Shown: one piece after another, positions 9,597-20,265 of the stretch
Layout of the letters: every line of letters starts with the position of its first letter
Numbering within the stretch: the stretch's first letter is position 1
Source: an uncultured Pseudomonadota bacterium
GTDB taxonomy: Bacteria; Myxococcota_A; Polyangia; Fen-1088
DNA: 64,000 nucleotides
Assembly: GCA_963819375.1 (NCBI GenBank)
Contig: CAWFVU010000009.1
Span: 876,649-940,648, forward strand
Direction: 5' to 3'
Notes under the pieces: generated by a model
Told to the model about the DNA's origin: nothing
What the model saw: the letters and a program-made list of their open reading frames with translations, nothing else
Database searches by the model: none
Made by a program: the position numbers and the translations under genes

Positions 9597-10448
9597 TCAG
9601 GCTCGGGCGAGGCGCGCGGCCAGCCTGCGCGCGTCGTGAGGCGCGTGTCCTTCGGCGTCGTTGTCGAAGTAGACGTAGACGTCTTCGCCCGCGGTCGTCC
9701 AGCGGTGAATGCGCTTCGCCCAGAGGTCGAGCTCGCCGTCGGTGTAGCGGCTCGCATACAGTGAGGTGGCCCCATGCAGACGGACGTAGGCGAAATCGGC
9801 CGTCCGCTCGAGACTGAGCGGATGCTGTCCTGCCGTGTCGGCGGCGACCAGCGCGACGTTCAGGTCGCGAAGCATTCGCAATGCGTGCCCGGAGAGCCAG
9901 GAGGGATGGCGGATCTCGACCGCGTGACGCAGGGGCATCTCTCGGCCGTCGGCGGCCCGCAGCGCCGAGCGGCCGGTGGTCCTCCGGTCGTGCCGGCGGG
10001 CCCAGCGTTCGGCGCCGGGAACGTCGCGGGGAAGGGCGGTGAAAAATGCCCGCGCCCGCGCTTCATCCCAGGGGAGCTGCGGTGGGAGCTGCCACAGGAT
10101 CGGCCCCAGCGCCGCGCCGAGGCGTAACAGGCCGGAGGCGAAGAAGTTGGCCAGCGGACCCTCGAAGTTCCGCAGCTTGAGCATGTGCGTGATGTACCGG
10201 CTCCCCTTCACCGCGAGGACGAACCCGTCCGGGACGGAGCTTCGCCAGGCCGTGCAGGTCTCGGGACGTGTCAGTGAGTAGAAGGTCCCATTGATCTCGG
10301 CCGTATTCAGCCGCTCGGCGAGATAGTGGAGCTCGAGCCGTTGTGGCAGGCCGCGGGGATAGAAATCGCCGCGCCAGCGCGGGTAGCGCCAGCCACTGGT
10401 CCCCACCCGTGCTTGGCCGAGCCGGGCGGTGCGCTTCCTGGTGGTCAT
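9597..10448 (-). CDS. DUF72 (YecE-like) family protein
   Basis: N-terminal VGTSGWRY...W...FYP...L.YYA..LN..EINGTFY signature of DUF72. Confidence 0.85.
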   Translation of the reverse strand: MTTRKRTARLGQARVGTSGWRYPRWRGDFYPRGLPQRLELHYLAERLNTAEINGTFYSLTRPETCTAWRSSVPDGFVLAVKGSRYITHMLKLRNFEGPLANFFASGLLRLGAALGPILWQLPPQLPWDEARARAFFTALPRDVPGAERWARRHDRRTTGRSALRAADGREMPLRHAVEIRHPSWLSGHALRMLRDLNVALVAADTAGQHPLSLERTADFAYVRLHGATSLYASRYTDGELDLWAKRIHRWTTAGEDVYVYFDNDAEGHAPHDARRLAARLARA

Positions 10449-10684
10449 CGGGACGCTCGGGGACGTCGTCGGCGATGGGGATGACGTCCCCCGCCGGGAG
10501 GCCTCACTGTCCGCCTAGAGACGCCGGCTGCGGCTCCGGCCCGCGCGACGAGCGCTGATGAGTTGCACGAGCACCTTCAGCAGTGCTCCAAACAGGAGGG
10601 CGTGAACCGCAGACGACACCGCGATGACACAATGTAAGGCGCTCACCCGCCGCTGGAAGACGTTGCCCGATGTCTCGTTGAGAT

Positions 10685-11470
10685 TTGCACCCGCGCGAAC
10701 CGCGCGCACATTGCTTGAATGTCCATGAGCAAGCACGACGACCCGTGACGACCGGTCCCCGTCGTCCATCGCCAACAACGATCCGCGGTCTTCGCGTGGC
10801 TGCGAATGCCTGTCGGGCCTGCCCGCTGTGGGAACGCGCGACCCAGACGGTGTTCGGCGCCGGGCGCGCGCGGGCATCGCTCGTCCTGGTGGGCGAGCAA
10901 CCGGGCGACGAGGAGGACCGGAGAGGCGTGCCGTTCGTGGGGCCAGCGGGACGGCTCCTCGATGAGGCTCTGAAAGCCGCGCAGCTCGAGCGTGCTGAAG
11001 CCTACGTCACCAACGCGGTCAAGCACTTCAAGTGGAGACAGGCCGAGGGCCGCGGGAGGCGTCGCATCCACGACAAGCCCAACGCCAACGAGATCCGCGC
11101 CTGCCGCCCTTGGTTGCTCGCGGAGATCGAGGCCATTGGACCGAAGGTCATCGTGTGCCTGGGGGCGACGGCCGCGCGTTCGCTGCTGGGGCCCGACTTC
11201 CGCGTCACCAAGCGGCGGGGAGAGGTGATTGCGCTGGCCGCCGGATCATGTGTGATCGCGACAATCCATCCGTCCGCGATTCTGCGCGCGCCCGATCACG
11301 GCACGCGTGAGCGCGAGATACGCCGGTTCGTGGCAGACTTGGCCGTCGCCCGCGCCCAGCTGTCGGCAGAGGCTCCACATGTGCGTTTACCTCCTCTACG
11401 AAGTCTTCTGAACAGCGTCGTGTCGTCCCCAAAGAGGCTTGCGCAGATCGACGACGACCATACCTTCTAG
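10685..11470 (+). CDS. udg: uracil-DNA glycosylase, family 4
   Basis: Carries the CRACPLW...TQTVFGAG, GEQPGDEED, FVGPAGRLLDEAL and HPSAILR motifs. The true start is probably an internal GTG around 10745-10796. Confidence 0.85.
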   Translation: MHPREPRAHCLNVHEQARRPVTTGPRRPSPTTIRGLRVAANACRACPLWERATQTVFGAGRARASLVLVGEQPGDEEDRRGVPFVGPAGRLLDEALKAAQLERAEAYVTNAVKHFKWRQAEGRGRRRIHDKPNANEIRACRPWLLAEIEAIGPKVIVCLGATAARSLLGPDFRVTKRRGEVIALAAGSCVIATIHPSAILRAPDHGTREREIRRFVADLAVARAQLSAEAPHVRLPPLRSLLNSVVSSPKRLAQIDDDHTF

Positions 11471-11607
11471 GCACCATGAACGAGGATCGCGACGCGCGCG
11501 ACCAAGAGGGTGGACCGACTCCGGCGGAAGGCGATGTGTGGGCACGCGCCGCCCAGCAAGCGCTCCGAGACATGAGCCGAGCGCAGAAACAGCCGCCCGC
11601 GTCCGAG

Positions 11608-11871
11608 TCAATTGTCCCCGGGGGTGCCTCCGGGGATGCGTCCACAATCAAGGGTCGCTGACGACGAGCTCGCAGCTGTCTCCAGGTCCTTCTTCGCGAC
11701 TTCGAGGTCCGACCAAGTCGCTTCAAGACCGCGCCCGACGTCGCAGGCCGTGGCCGCCCGCAGCGGTGCGCACCGTTCGCAGGTCGCTGCATGGAGCGAG
11801 TAGGCGTCGCGGGCAAGCCGTATCGACCGCTCGAGCCTGTCGAGTCTTTGTCGCCGCGACCCGGCCGTCAC
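11608..11871 (-). CDS. small conserved Cys-containing hypothetical protein (paralogue of 58453-58659)
   Basis: Shares the RLDR..R...AR.AYS.HA...C.PL.A...C.VGR.LEA...LE..KK.L pattern with the ORF at 58453-58659. Confidence 0.45.
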   Translation of the reverse strand: MTAGSRRQRLDRLERSIRLARDAYSLHAATCERCAPLRAATACDVGRGLEATWSDLEVAKKDLETAASSSSATLDCGRIPGGTPGDN

Positions 11872-11917
11872 GCGCCGAGCGTATCACCTAAAAACCTGCG
11901 GACGAGCGTAACGGCGA

Positions 11918-13198
11918 TCACGCCGCGGAGCGCCATCGCTGCCTCGTTGGGCGGCTTCGACCGGAGCCTAGACGCAGCGATCGGCGGAGCTGGGTCTCCA
12001 GCGGCGTGCCGTGCTTTTCGTCGGCCAGGCGGCCCTGAAGCAGCGCCAGCACCGCCGCCTCTTCGGGGCGCAACCCCGCCAGCCGGCGGCGCGACGGTTG
12101 GGCGTCCGCCCGCCGCCTGAGCGCGCGGGCCAGCGTCCCGTCCAGATACGACGCGATGACGTCGGGGTGCACGTAGCACTTCCGGCAGACCGCCGGCGTG
12201 TTGCCCAACCGCTTCGCGACCTGCTCGATGGCCCGGTTCACTTCCCCTGCTGTCGATCTCCGCGCCCGGTTTCGCGGTGGTTGCGACTCCTTCGCGGCGG
12301 TCAGCTCTTGCAAGGCCAGCGCGGCGAGCACCGTTCCCGCCCAGGTGCGGAAGTCCTTGGCCGTGAAGTCCTGTCCGGTCGCCTCCCGGATGTAGTCGTT
12401 CACGTCGGCGGAGTCGATGGCGGCGGGCTGGCCGTCCTCGCCGACGCACTGGAACAGCTCCTGCCCCGGGAGATCGCGGCAGCGCCGCACGATCCGCGCC
12501 ACCGCCCGGTCGTGGACCGAAACGTCGTGCATGACGCCGCTCTTGCCGCGAAAGTGGAAGCGCACCTCCGACGGGCGGATTGCCACGTGGCGATCCTTCA
12601 GCGTCGTGAGGCCAAACGATCGGTTGCTGCGCGCGTATTCCTCGTTGCCGACACGCATGAACGTCGTCTCCAGCAGCCGGACCACCGTCGCCAGGACCTT
12701 TCGCCGCGGCAGGCCCGGCAACCGCAGATCCGTGGCGATGCGCCGCCGCAGCGCCGGCAGGGCGTGGCCAAGCCCGATCGTGTGCGCGTACTTGGTGCCG
12801 TCGCGCTCCTCGCGCCACCGCGGGTGATACCGATACTGCTTGCGACCGCGGGCGTCGCGTCCGGTCGCCTGCAGATGGCCGTTGGCCTCGGGGCAGATCC
12901 AGACGTCCCTCCAGGCGGGCGGGATGGCCAGCTTGCGAATCCGCGCTTCAGTGGCGGCGTCATCGACGCGGCGACCGTCCGGGTGCGCATAGATGAACTG
13001 CGGGACGAAGCGCTTGCCCTGCCGCAGCCTCTTTCCGGTGGCGCGGCGCCGGATCCCGGGCCTCCGGTCGTCCACGTGGCGAAGCCCAGCCGCGCGGGCG
13101 GAGGCGGCGGGGTCGGCCGCCGTGTCGGGATCCACCGCAATCTGGAGCGCATGCGCGGCCACTGCCTTCCACGTTAAGAGGCCGAGCCGGCCCCACAA
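11918..13198 (-). CDS. DNA topoisomerase IB (poxvirus-type, bacterial TopIB)
   Basis: Carries the PGIRRR..GK.F.Y, PPAW, KQYRYHP.W, FRGKSG and DFRTWAGTV motifs, and a catalytic-Tyr motif CRKCYVHP. The start may be an internal GTG near 13075. Confidence 0.85.
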   Translation of the reverse strand: MWGRLGLLTWKAVAAHALQIAVDPDTAADPAASARAAGLRHVDDRRPGIRRRATGKRLRQGKRFVPQFIYAHPDGRRVDDAATEARIRKLAIPPAWRDVWICPEANGHLQATGRDARGRKQYRYHPRWREERDGTKYAHTIGLGHALPALRRRIATDLRLPGLPRRKVLATVVRLLETTFMRVGNEEYARSNRSFGLTTLKDRHVAIRPSEVRFHFRGKSGVMHDVSVHDRAVARIVRRCRDLPGQELFQCVGEDGQPAAIDSADVNDYIREATGQDFTAKDFRTWAGTVLAALALQELTAAKESQPPRNRARRSTAGEVNRAIEQVAKRLGNTPAVCRKCYVHPDVIASYLDGTLARALRRRADAQPSRRRLAGLRPEEAAVLALLQGRLADEKHGTPLETQLRRSLRLGSGRSRPTRQRWRSAA

Positions 13199-13391
13199 GG
13201 TCCCCCATACGCGGTTGCCTGATTCGCCACGATGCCTAACTTTCTGCCAGACGACAGCTCCGGCGCGTGGGGGGCGTTCGCAAGATTGGTGGCGGGCGGC
13301 GCCAAACCTCGCGTCCGACAGAGGGTCTGCTGCTGTCCACTATCCATCCTGTGCCCGATGCACATCATCGAAGCCCGAAGGAAGGCCGATC

Positions 13392-13856
13392 ATGGGACGA
13401 GAGACGGTGGACGAGAGCGCGATCCGAAAGGTCATCGAGACCTGGCACCGGGCCACCGCCGACGGCGACCTGCCGACGGTGCTCGGGCTGATCGCAGAGG
13501 ATGCGGTCTTCTTGGCCCCAGGGCGGCCGCCCACGCGCGGGCGAGCCAGCTTCGCACAACGCCTGACTGAGGCTTTGAAGGCCCAGACGATTCGTTCGAG
13601 TGGCGAAGTTCGCGAGGTAAGGGTGTCCGGCGATCTCGGGTACTGCTGGGCCGAGCTGACGGTCATCGCCACACCCCTCGATGGCAGCGCAGCGACACTG
13701 CGAAAAGGACCCGCCCTGTCGGTCTTTCGCAAGGAATCGAGCGGCGCGTGGGTGCTCATCCGGGACGCGAATATGATGGTGGCCGACGCGGCCGAGCTGG
13801 AGCTCAAGGTGGACAATCTGGAGCGCGAGCTGATGGCTGATGGTCCCGGAGGGTAA
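13392..13856 (+). CDS. SnoaL-like/DUF4440 (NTF2-fold) protein
   Basis: ATG at 13392. The sequence IRKVIETWHRATADGDLPTVLGLIAEDAVFLAPG is typical of DUF4440/NTF2-like proteins. Confidence 0.7.
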   Translation: MGRETVDESAIRKVIETWHRATADGDLPTVLGLIAEDAVFLAPGRPPTRGRASFAQRLTEALKAQTIRSSGEVREVRVSGDLGYCWAELTVIATPLDGSAATLRKGPALSVFRKESSGAWVLIRDANMMVADAAELELKVDNLERELMADGPGG

Positions 13857-13885
13857 AGCACACTCATGGGACCAAAAGGTTGCAT

Positions 13886-15643
13886 TCAACTGGTCCGAAA
13901 ACCACCGGCCAGACCGGGCGTCGTCGAGCGGTCCGCGGGACTCCCTGGATGTTCCGCAATGCTGGGCTCGCTCGGCTGGAATGGCCGGGAGTCCGAGGGG
14001 AGATCGATTATGAAGGTCGTGCCTGCCTCTTCACTGCTCTCGCCGATGCTGACCCGGCCGCCATGTGCCTCGGCGCACGCCCGAACCAAGGCGAGCCCCA
14101 GCCCCCATCCGGTCCCGGTCCCTTCGCGAAGCCTCGAATAGAGGTCGAAGAGTCGACCCCGCTTCTCCGGCGGGATCGGGTCCCCGAAGTTGTGAACGGA
14201 CGCTCGGACGCCGTCCGGGGTTCGCTCGATCCGGGTGGTGATGGGGCGATCCGGCGCGCCGTATTTCACGGCGTTCGTTCCGAGATTCCACAACGCCCGG
14301 TGAAGCTCTTGTTGGCTCCAAATCCCGAGAATCCCGTCGCTCTTTGCGAGCTCGAACCGTTTGCCGTGGGCAGCGGAGAGCTCCTCGATGACCTCTTCTG
14401 CGACGGCGCCCAGATCGCAGCGGTCGAGCCGGAGCGGGAGGCGCTGGCCCCCGCGGACGCGGCTGACATCGAGGAGATCGCGGATCATCCGATCCATGCG
14501 CTCCAGACTGCGCCCGATTCGTCCGGCGAGGCTTTGCCTTTCATCGAGTCGATCCGTCCGCCGAATCATCAGCTCGGCGCTCATCTTGGCGGTGGAGAGG
14601 GGGCCGCGAAGATCGTGCGCCAAGATGGATACGAATCGTTCGCGCAGCTCGCGCTCGATTCCGAGCTCCTCGACCTGTTGCCGAAGATCTGTGTAGAGCC
14701 TGGCGTTGTCGAGATGAACGGTCAGACGGTCGCCGAGAGCCTGGAGTCGCCTCAGCTCCCGCTTGGTCAAGGGGCGATCGTCGTCGAGCCCGATGTACAG
14801 GACGCCGAACAGCTTGTGATGGGGCGGAAGCCGGATGCCCTGGAGCGATTTGATCCCGTTTTGCCGAAGGGAATCGTTCAGCGTCAGCTTGATGGCCCCG
14901 GCCTCCGTGTCGTGCGTCCGCTCCTCCGGCAGCTCCACCGAAGTCGCGAGCCGCTCGACCTCCTCGCTGCCGACCCCCGCCGACGCCGCGGTGATGACCC
15001 GCTCCGTCTGCGGCTCATACAAGACGAGCGCGACATTTCGCGCATTCATGGCCTGCAGGATCAATTTCAGCAATTCCTCGAGGCGCGCCTTGATCGGCGC
15101 TTCGGGTGCGCGGAGGGCATCGTCGGCGACGGTCTGAAGCAGGCGCATGTATTGCTTCTCGTGCTCGGTCTCGGCCAGATCGGCCGTGCGCGAACCCACC
15201 ACGCCCTCCAGGACGTGGCTGTATTTGTCGAGATAGTCGCTGTAGGCCTTCAGCCGCAGCAGGTTCTTGACCCGCATCCGCAGCTCTGCGCGATTCACCG
15301 GTTTGGTGAGAAGGTCCTCGGCCCCCGCAGCCAGCCCGTTCATCATGGCGTCGCGATCGTCCAGCGCGGTGATCATGATGATCGGGATCTGTGTGGTGGC
15401 GGAGTCGCCCTTGAGCTTTGCGGCCACCTGGTACCCGTTCATACCCGGCATCATGACGTCGAGCAGGATGAGGTCGGGTGGCTGGCGGGCCACGAGGGCA
15501 ATGGCCTCCTCGCCATTCGCGGCCGTCAGCAGGAGGAAGCCCTCCGGCGCGAGCATGACCTCGAGCAGCTCCCTGTTGTGGCGTTCATCGTCGACGATCA
15601 GAACGCACGCTGGCCGGTCGGTGAATTCGGGCAGCGCCCTCAT
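13886..15643 (-). CDS. response-regulator receiver + GAF + histidine kinase (REC-GAF-HisKA-HATPase)
   Basis: Receiver segment VLIVDDERHNRELL...DLILLDVMMPGMNG, H-box ILAHDLRGPL, and G-boxes GTGWGLGLALV. The ATG overlaps the upstream stop in an ATGA motif. Confidence 0.85.
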   Translation of the reverse strand: MRALPEFTDRPACVLIVDDERHNRELLEVMLAPEGFLLLTAANGEEAIALVARQPPDLILLDVMMPGMNGYQVAAKLKGDSATTQIPIIMITALDDRDAMMNGLAAGAEDLLTKPVNRAELRMRVKNLLRLKAYSDYLDKYSHVLEGVVGSRTADLAETEHEKQYMRLLQTVADDALRAPEAPIKARLEELLKLILQAMNARNVALVLYEPQTERVITAASAGVGSEEVERLATSVELPEERTHDTEAGAIKLTLNDSLRQNGIKSLQGIRLPPHHKLFGVLYIGLDDDRPLTKRELRRLQALGDRLTVHLDNARLYTDLRQQVEELGIERELRERFVSILAHDLRGPLSTAKMSAELMIRRTDRLDERQSLAGRIGRSLERMDRMIRDLLDVSRVRGGQRLPLRLDRCDLGAVAEEVIEELSAAHGKRFELAKSDGILGIWSQQELHRALWNLGTNAVKYGAPDRPITTRIERTPDGVRASVHNFGDPIPPEKRGRLFDLYSRLREGTGTGWGLGLALVRACAEAHGGRVSIGESSEEAGTTFIIDLPSDSRPFQPSEPSIAEHPGSPADRSTTPGLAGGFRTS

Positions 15644-16008
15644 GCCCGGACCAACTGCTCTGCGACCGTCTTCAGAAAGTCCCCGTATCGCATCGGCTTC
15701 GCGATGTAGCCATCGCATCCAGCGGTTCGAATGCGCGCTTCGTCTCCCTTCATCGCCAGGGCGGTGAGGGCGATGACCGGAATGCCGCGTGTCGCCGGGT
15801 CCCGCTTGAGCAGCACCGTGGCCTGGAGACCATCCATCCCGGGAAGCTGAATATCCATCAAGATGAGCTCAGGCCGCTCGTCGCGCGCCAGCGCCAGCCC
15901 CGCCTCGGCATCCGTCGCGCTGAGCACAGTATGTCCCACGGATTTCAGCAGAAATGTCGCCAACTTCATGTTGGTGGGGTTGTCCTCGACGACCAGGACC
16001 TTGGCCAT
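15640..16008 (-). CDS. single-domain CheY-like response regulator
   Basis: Receiver sequence VLVVEDNPTNMKL...LILMDIQLPGMDG...YIAKP. Confidence 0.9.
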   Translation of the reverse strand: MAKVLVVEDNPTNMKLATFLLKSVGHTVLSATDAEAGLALARDERPELILMDIQLPGMDGLQATVLLKRDPATRGIPVIALTALAMKGDEARIRTAGCDGYIAKPMRYGDFLKTVAEQLVRA

Positions 16009-16009
16009 G

Positions 16010-18574
16010 TCAGCCGATCAACTGGCGGCGGGACATGGCCCGTCGGACTTCGGCCGCGATGCGTTCGCGGTGGAATTCGGCCTTTTCCACGATGGTCGTC
16101 ACGAAGCCATTGAGCTTGATCCGATCCTCGGCGGTGATCTGCTTGGCGGTGACCACCATGACGGGAATGCGGGCTGTGTCGGCCTGCTTGTTGAGCGCCT
16201 CCACGACGTCGAAGCCGTTGACCTCCGGCATCATCAAATCGAGCACGATCAGGTCCGGCAGTTCTTGCCGCGCCACCTCGATGGCCTCGCGGCCGCCATA
16301 GGCGCGCAGTACGGTGCTTCCCAGCCCGGGCAGGTGGATGGCGATCAGCTCCACTGCCTTGGGATCGTCGTCGACCACGAGGACTTTGAGCGTGTGGCCC
16401 TGGGAGAGAGGAACCAGACCAAGCTCGACGAGGGCCTCGTAGAGATCCTGCCTGGAAATCGGTTTTTGCATGACCGCTGCAGCGCCGAACGCGAAGCCCT
16501 TGCTCCGATCCGCGACGATCGAAATGATCACCACCGGAATGCGGCCGAGCGACGGCACCTGCTTGACGCGGCTCAAGAGCTCCCAGCCGTCCATGTTGGG
16601 CAGCATGACGTCGAGAGTGATCAGCGACAGCGGCTGTTGCACGGCGAGGACCATCGCGGCCTCGGCCGAGGCGGCATGCAGCACCTTGAAGCCCTGCGCT
16701 TCGAGCTGGACGCGGATCAAATCGGCGGATTTGAAGTCGTCCTCCACCACCAACGCGGTGCGCGCGCCCGAGCGCGCCTCGATGAAGGGAGCGGCCGGGA
16801 CTTTGATCGAGGTGCGCACCCCATCCTCCGATGCCCGGAGCGGCAGCCAGACCGTGAAGCAGGAGCCCTGGCCGACGGCGCTTTCCACCGCCACCGCGCC
16901 GCCGTGCAGCTCGGCGAGGAGCTTGACCATGGCCAACCCCAGCCCCGTCCCCTCGTATTTTCGCGCCAGGCCGCTGTCGATCTGGCTGAACGGCTTGAAC
17001 AGGTGCTCGAGCCCTTCAGGCGCGATGCCGATGCCGCTGTCGGCGACGCTGATCTTGAGGAACTCCGCGAACTCGTTGTCGGCCAAGGGGAAGGTCCGCC
17101 CCACCCAGTCGCTCGACAGCCGGCCGACCTCCGCGCGAGGGACGCGGCCGACCCGGAGGGTCACCTGGCCGCCCTCGACGGTGAACTTGACCGCATTTGA
17201 CAGCAGGTTGTAGGCGATCTGCTTGACCTTGCGCGTGTCCGCCTGAAAGGAACCCAGCTCCTCTGCGGCATCGATGACCAGACGAATGTGCCGGGCCGCA
17301 GCTTTCTCCCGAATGATCGAGAGGCTGTTCGAGAACAGGGACGACACCTGCACCGACTCCAGGTCGAGCGTCATCGTGCCGGCTTCGACCTTGGACAGGT
17401 CGAGAATGTCGTTGATGAGCGACAGCAGATGGTTTCCGCTGCTGAAGATGTCGCCGATGAACCCCCGCTGTTGATCGGTCATATCCCCAATCAGGCCGTC
17501 CCGGAGGACCTCGGAGAAGCCGATGATGGCGTTCAGCGGTGTCCTCAGCTCGTGCGACATGTTCGCAAGGAATTCGGACTTCATGCGGCTCGAGGCTTCC
17601 AGCTCGACGTTTTTCTGATGCAGCGTCTGCTCGTAGCGCTTCAGCTCCGTCACGTCGCGCGCAGCGGCGAACACGCCCTGTAACTTCCGGTCGCGATCGT
17701 GGAACGTGGTGGCGTTGTAGGAGACGGTCGTCTCCTTGCCATCCCGGGCACGCGCCGTGAGCTCGTAGTTCGTGACCTTGCCTTCGCCCAGCACCCGGTT
17801 GATGCCCGCCTCCGCCCGAGTCGAATCGGTGAAGTAATTCTTGAATGGCGCCCCGATCAGCTCGTCCCGCGTACACCCCGTGAGGGCCTCGGCCTGTTTG
17901 TTGACGTCGGTGATGATCCCGCGCGGATCGGTCGCCATCAGGGCGTCGATGTTCGACTCGATGAGCGAACGCGTGTAAAAGTTCTGGTCGCGCAGCCGTT
18001 GATCGAGCTTCTGCCGCTCTTCCTCGACCTGCTTGCGCGCGGTGTTGTCGGTGCCGATGAGCAGATAGCCGATGATGATGTCCTGCGCGTCTCGCAGAGC
18101 CGTGATGGAGACCACCGCCGGGAATCGGCTCCCGTCCTTGCGAATGTAGGTCAGCTCGTAGATGTCCTCGATCCCGCGAGAGGCCTTGAAGACCAGGGCT
18201 TCAAAGCCTGGCGCAATCGGCGTGCCGAGCTCGGCGCTCAGGGCCTTGGCGCGCGCGATCACCTCGTCCGGATCTGAAATGTCGGCCGGCGTGATCTTGT
18301 TGATCACCTCGGAGGCGGTGTACCCGAGCATTCGCTCGGCACCCACGTTGAAGATCTGGATGACACCCTTCGCGTCGGTGGCGATACTTGAGAAATTGGC
18401 GCTGCTCAAGATCGCGCTCTGCAGTGCCCCCGTCCTGAGCAGGGCCTCCGTGTGATGGACGTCCAGGTTGAGATCGGCCGAATCCAAGGTGGCGTCGTTG
18501 GCGGTGGGCATACTCATCTTCCCGGCCCGATCCATAGCCCGAGCGCCACTGGGGTATTGTCCGGAGGACCCCAC
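16010..18574 (-). CDS. hybrid sensor histidine kinase (2x PAS, HisKA, HATPase_c, 2x REC)
   Basis: Two PAS segments, H-box MSHELRTPLNAI, G-boxes GTGLGLAMV, and two receivers (LVVEDDFKSADL, VLVVDDDPKAVEL). The start may be an internal Met. Confidence 0.85.
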   Translation of the reverse strand: MGSSGQYPSGARAMDRAGKMSMPTANDATLDSADLNLDVHHTEALLRTGALQSAILSSANFSSIATDAKGVIQIFNVGAERMLGYTASEVINKITPADISDPDEVIARAKALSAELGTPIAPGFEALVFKASRGIEDIYELTYIRKDGSRFPAVVSITALRDAQDIIIGYLLIGTDNTARKQVEEERQKLDQRLRDQNFYTRSLIESNIDALMATDPRGIITDVNKQAEALTGCTRDELIGAPFKNYFTDSTRAEAGINRVLGEGKVTNYELTARARDGKETTVSYNATTFHDRDRKLQGVFAAARDVTELKRYEQTLHQKNVELEASSRMKSEFLANMSHELRTPLNAIIGFSEVLRDGLIGDMTDQQRGFIGDIFSSGNHLLSLINDILDLSKVEAGTMTLDLESVQVSSLFSNSLSIIREKAAARHIRLVIDAAEELGSFQADTRKVKQIAYNLLSNAVKFTVEGGQVTLRVGRVPRAEVGRLSSDWVGRTFPLADNEFAEFLKISVADSGIGIAPEGLEHLFKPFSQIDSGLARKYEGTGLGLAMVKLLAELHGGAVAVESAVGQGSCFTVWLPLRASEDGVRTSIKVPAAPFIEARSGARTALVVEDDFKSADLIRVQLEAQGFKVLHAASAEAAMVLAVQQPLSLITLDVMLPNMDGWELLSRVKQVPSLGRIPVVIISIVADRSKGFAFGAAAVMQKPISRQDLYEALVELGLVPLSQGHTLKVLVVDDDPKAVELIAIHLPGLGSTVLRAYGGREAIEVARQELPDLIVLDLMMPEVNGFDVVEALNKQADTARIPVMVVTAKQITAEDRIKLNGFVTTIVEKAEFHRERIAAEVRRAMSRRQLIG

Positions 18575-18713
18575 CCTCCATGTAGTGGTTTACCCGAGCT
18601 CATCGCGGGTGCCTCGCTCGTGTCGCGGGTCGCGGCCGAACGAAGTCAGGAGCTCGCAAGAAGTTGGCGGACCGTCTCATCGTGCCTAGGTTCCCGGTTG
18701 AGCCGGCCAACGA

Positions 18714-20204
18714 TTGACAAATGAGCAGCTAAATCTCGAACGGTTGGTTGGCGAGGTCGGACGAGGGGGCCGGGCTCTGGTTGGCGAGGCAACACGCGCC
18801 CTGGTCCGGCGCTTCGGCGATCGGGGGGCGTGCGTTTTGGTGAACGATCGCGCCAGCGTCGTCCTGTCGACGGACATGCCCCTCTTGAGCGAACTGCGCA
18901 TTGATCTCGCACGCTATCCGGAGATCACCGCGGCCGTCGCGAGCCAGGAGATTGTAGCCATCGAGGACGTCCGACGCTCGACCACGCTGGAGCCGGTCTC
19001 GAACCTTTTACCGAGTCACTTGGGCGCCGTGGTGGTGATTCCGCTCGTGGCCGGGCCGCGTTGCTTGGGCGTCATCATAGTTCGGTCCGAACGACCGCGG
19101 GAGGTACTCGAGACCGACGTCCTGGCAGCGCGTTTCGAGGGTCGACTGGTCGCGACGTTGCTCGAGCTCCAATTCGGCAGCGATCTCGGCGATGAGCTCA
19201 AGCTCCGCATCCAGGCGTCGGGGGAGGTCGCTCAGTCGGTCGTTCGGCCTTCGGACCAGTCGAGCGGCCAGAAGCGCAGAATCCTCGTGGCCGAGGACGA
19301 CGTCGAACAGGGAGCGACGCTTGACGATCTCCTGAGGGGCGAGGGCTTCGATGTGGTGTTGACCCGAAACGGAGAAGATCTCCTGAGGGAGGCGAGTCGG
19401 GCACCACCCGACCTCATCCTCCTCGACGGCCACATGCCGATTCTCAACGGCTTCCAAGCCGCCGAGAGCCTGCACGCTGATCCCCGAACCGCCGGCATTC
19501 CCATTCTTTTCCTTTCGGCCGCTGAAGACCTGCTGTGTCGCATCCAGGGCCTCAAGCCAGAATCCATTGATTTCTTGCGAAAGCCGTATGCAACGTCGGA
19601 GCTGCTGGCGCGTATCGAGAGGGCTCTTCAACAGGGCCGGAGGTACCAAGAGTTGCGCGCGGAGGCCGACGTCGACGCCCTGACGGGGCTCAGCAACGCC
19701 CGCGCGCTGGTCAGGGCATTGACCATCGAGAAGTCGCGCATTTCGAGATACGGCGCCACGTCAGCCGTCGTCATGATGGACGTCGACAAGTTGAAGATAA
19801 TCAATGATCGCCACGGGCACATTGTGGGAAGCCGCATGCTCCAAGCCATCGGAGAGCTGTTGCGAGGCATGATTCGCGAGACCGATCTCGCGGCCCGCTA
19901 CGGGGGTGACGAATTCGTGGCCATTCTCGCGCATACGAGCGCCGCCGAAGGGTACGCATTCGCGGAGCGCTTCCTGAGCCAGATTCGGCAGCTTTGGCCG
20001 CAGGGGATCGATGTATCGATGAGCATCGGGATCGCTCCCCTGGGCGAATCGGACGACCAATCGAGCGACGTGCTCCTTGCCAACGCCGACGCGGCAGCCT
20101 ATCGAGCCAAACGCCTGGGTGGGAACCGCGCCTGTATCTTCGACAGTGAGCTCGATTCGGCGGTTCCGCGCGGCCGCCGGCAGAATACCCAGGGCTCTTT
20201 ATAG
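18714..20204 (+). CDS. GAF-REC-GGDEF diguanylate cyclase
   Basis: Receiver ILVAEDDVEQG...LILLDGHMPILNG, then RYGGDEF with an upstream RETD I-site. Confidence 0.85.
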   Translation: MTNEQLNLERLVGEVGRGGRALVGEATRALVRRFGDRGACVLVNDRASVVLSTDMPLLSELRIDLARYPEITAAVASQEIVAIEDVRRSTTLEPVSNLLPSHLGAVVVIPLVAGPRCLGVIIVRSERPREVLETDVLAARFEGRLVATLLELQFGSDLGDELKLRIQASGEVAQSVVRPSDQSSGQKRRILVAEDDVEQGATLDDLLRGEGFDVVLTRNGEDLLREASRAPPDLILLDGHMPILNGFQAAESLHADPRTAGIPILFLSAAEDLLCRIQGLKPESIDFLRKPYATSELLARIERALQQGRRYQELRAEADVDALTGLSNARALVRALTIEKSRISRYGATSAVVMMDVDKLKIINDRHGHIVGSRMLQAIGELLRGMIRETDLAARYGGDEFVAILAHTSAAEGYAFAERFLSQIRQLWPQGIDVSMSIGIAPLGESDDQSSDVLLANADAAAYRAKRLGGNRACIFDSELDSAVPRGRRQNTQGSL

Positions 20205-20265
20205 TGCGTCGACGCGACGGTGGCGGCGATGTCTGCCGCCGGCGTTGCAATGTTCGTGCTTTAGG

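Noticed and set aside
11868-13177. ORFs overlapping the topoisomerase IB gene on both strands
   Set aside because: Off-frame translations. The topoisomerase IB frame has canonical motifs.
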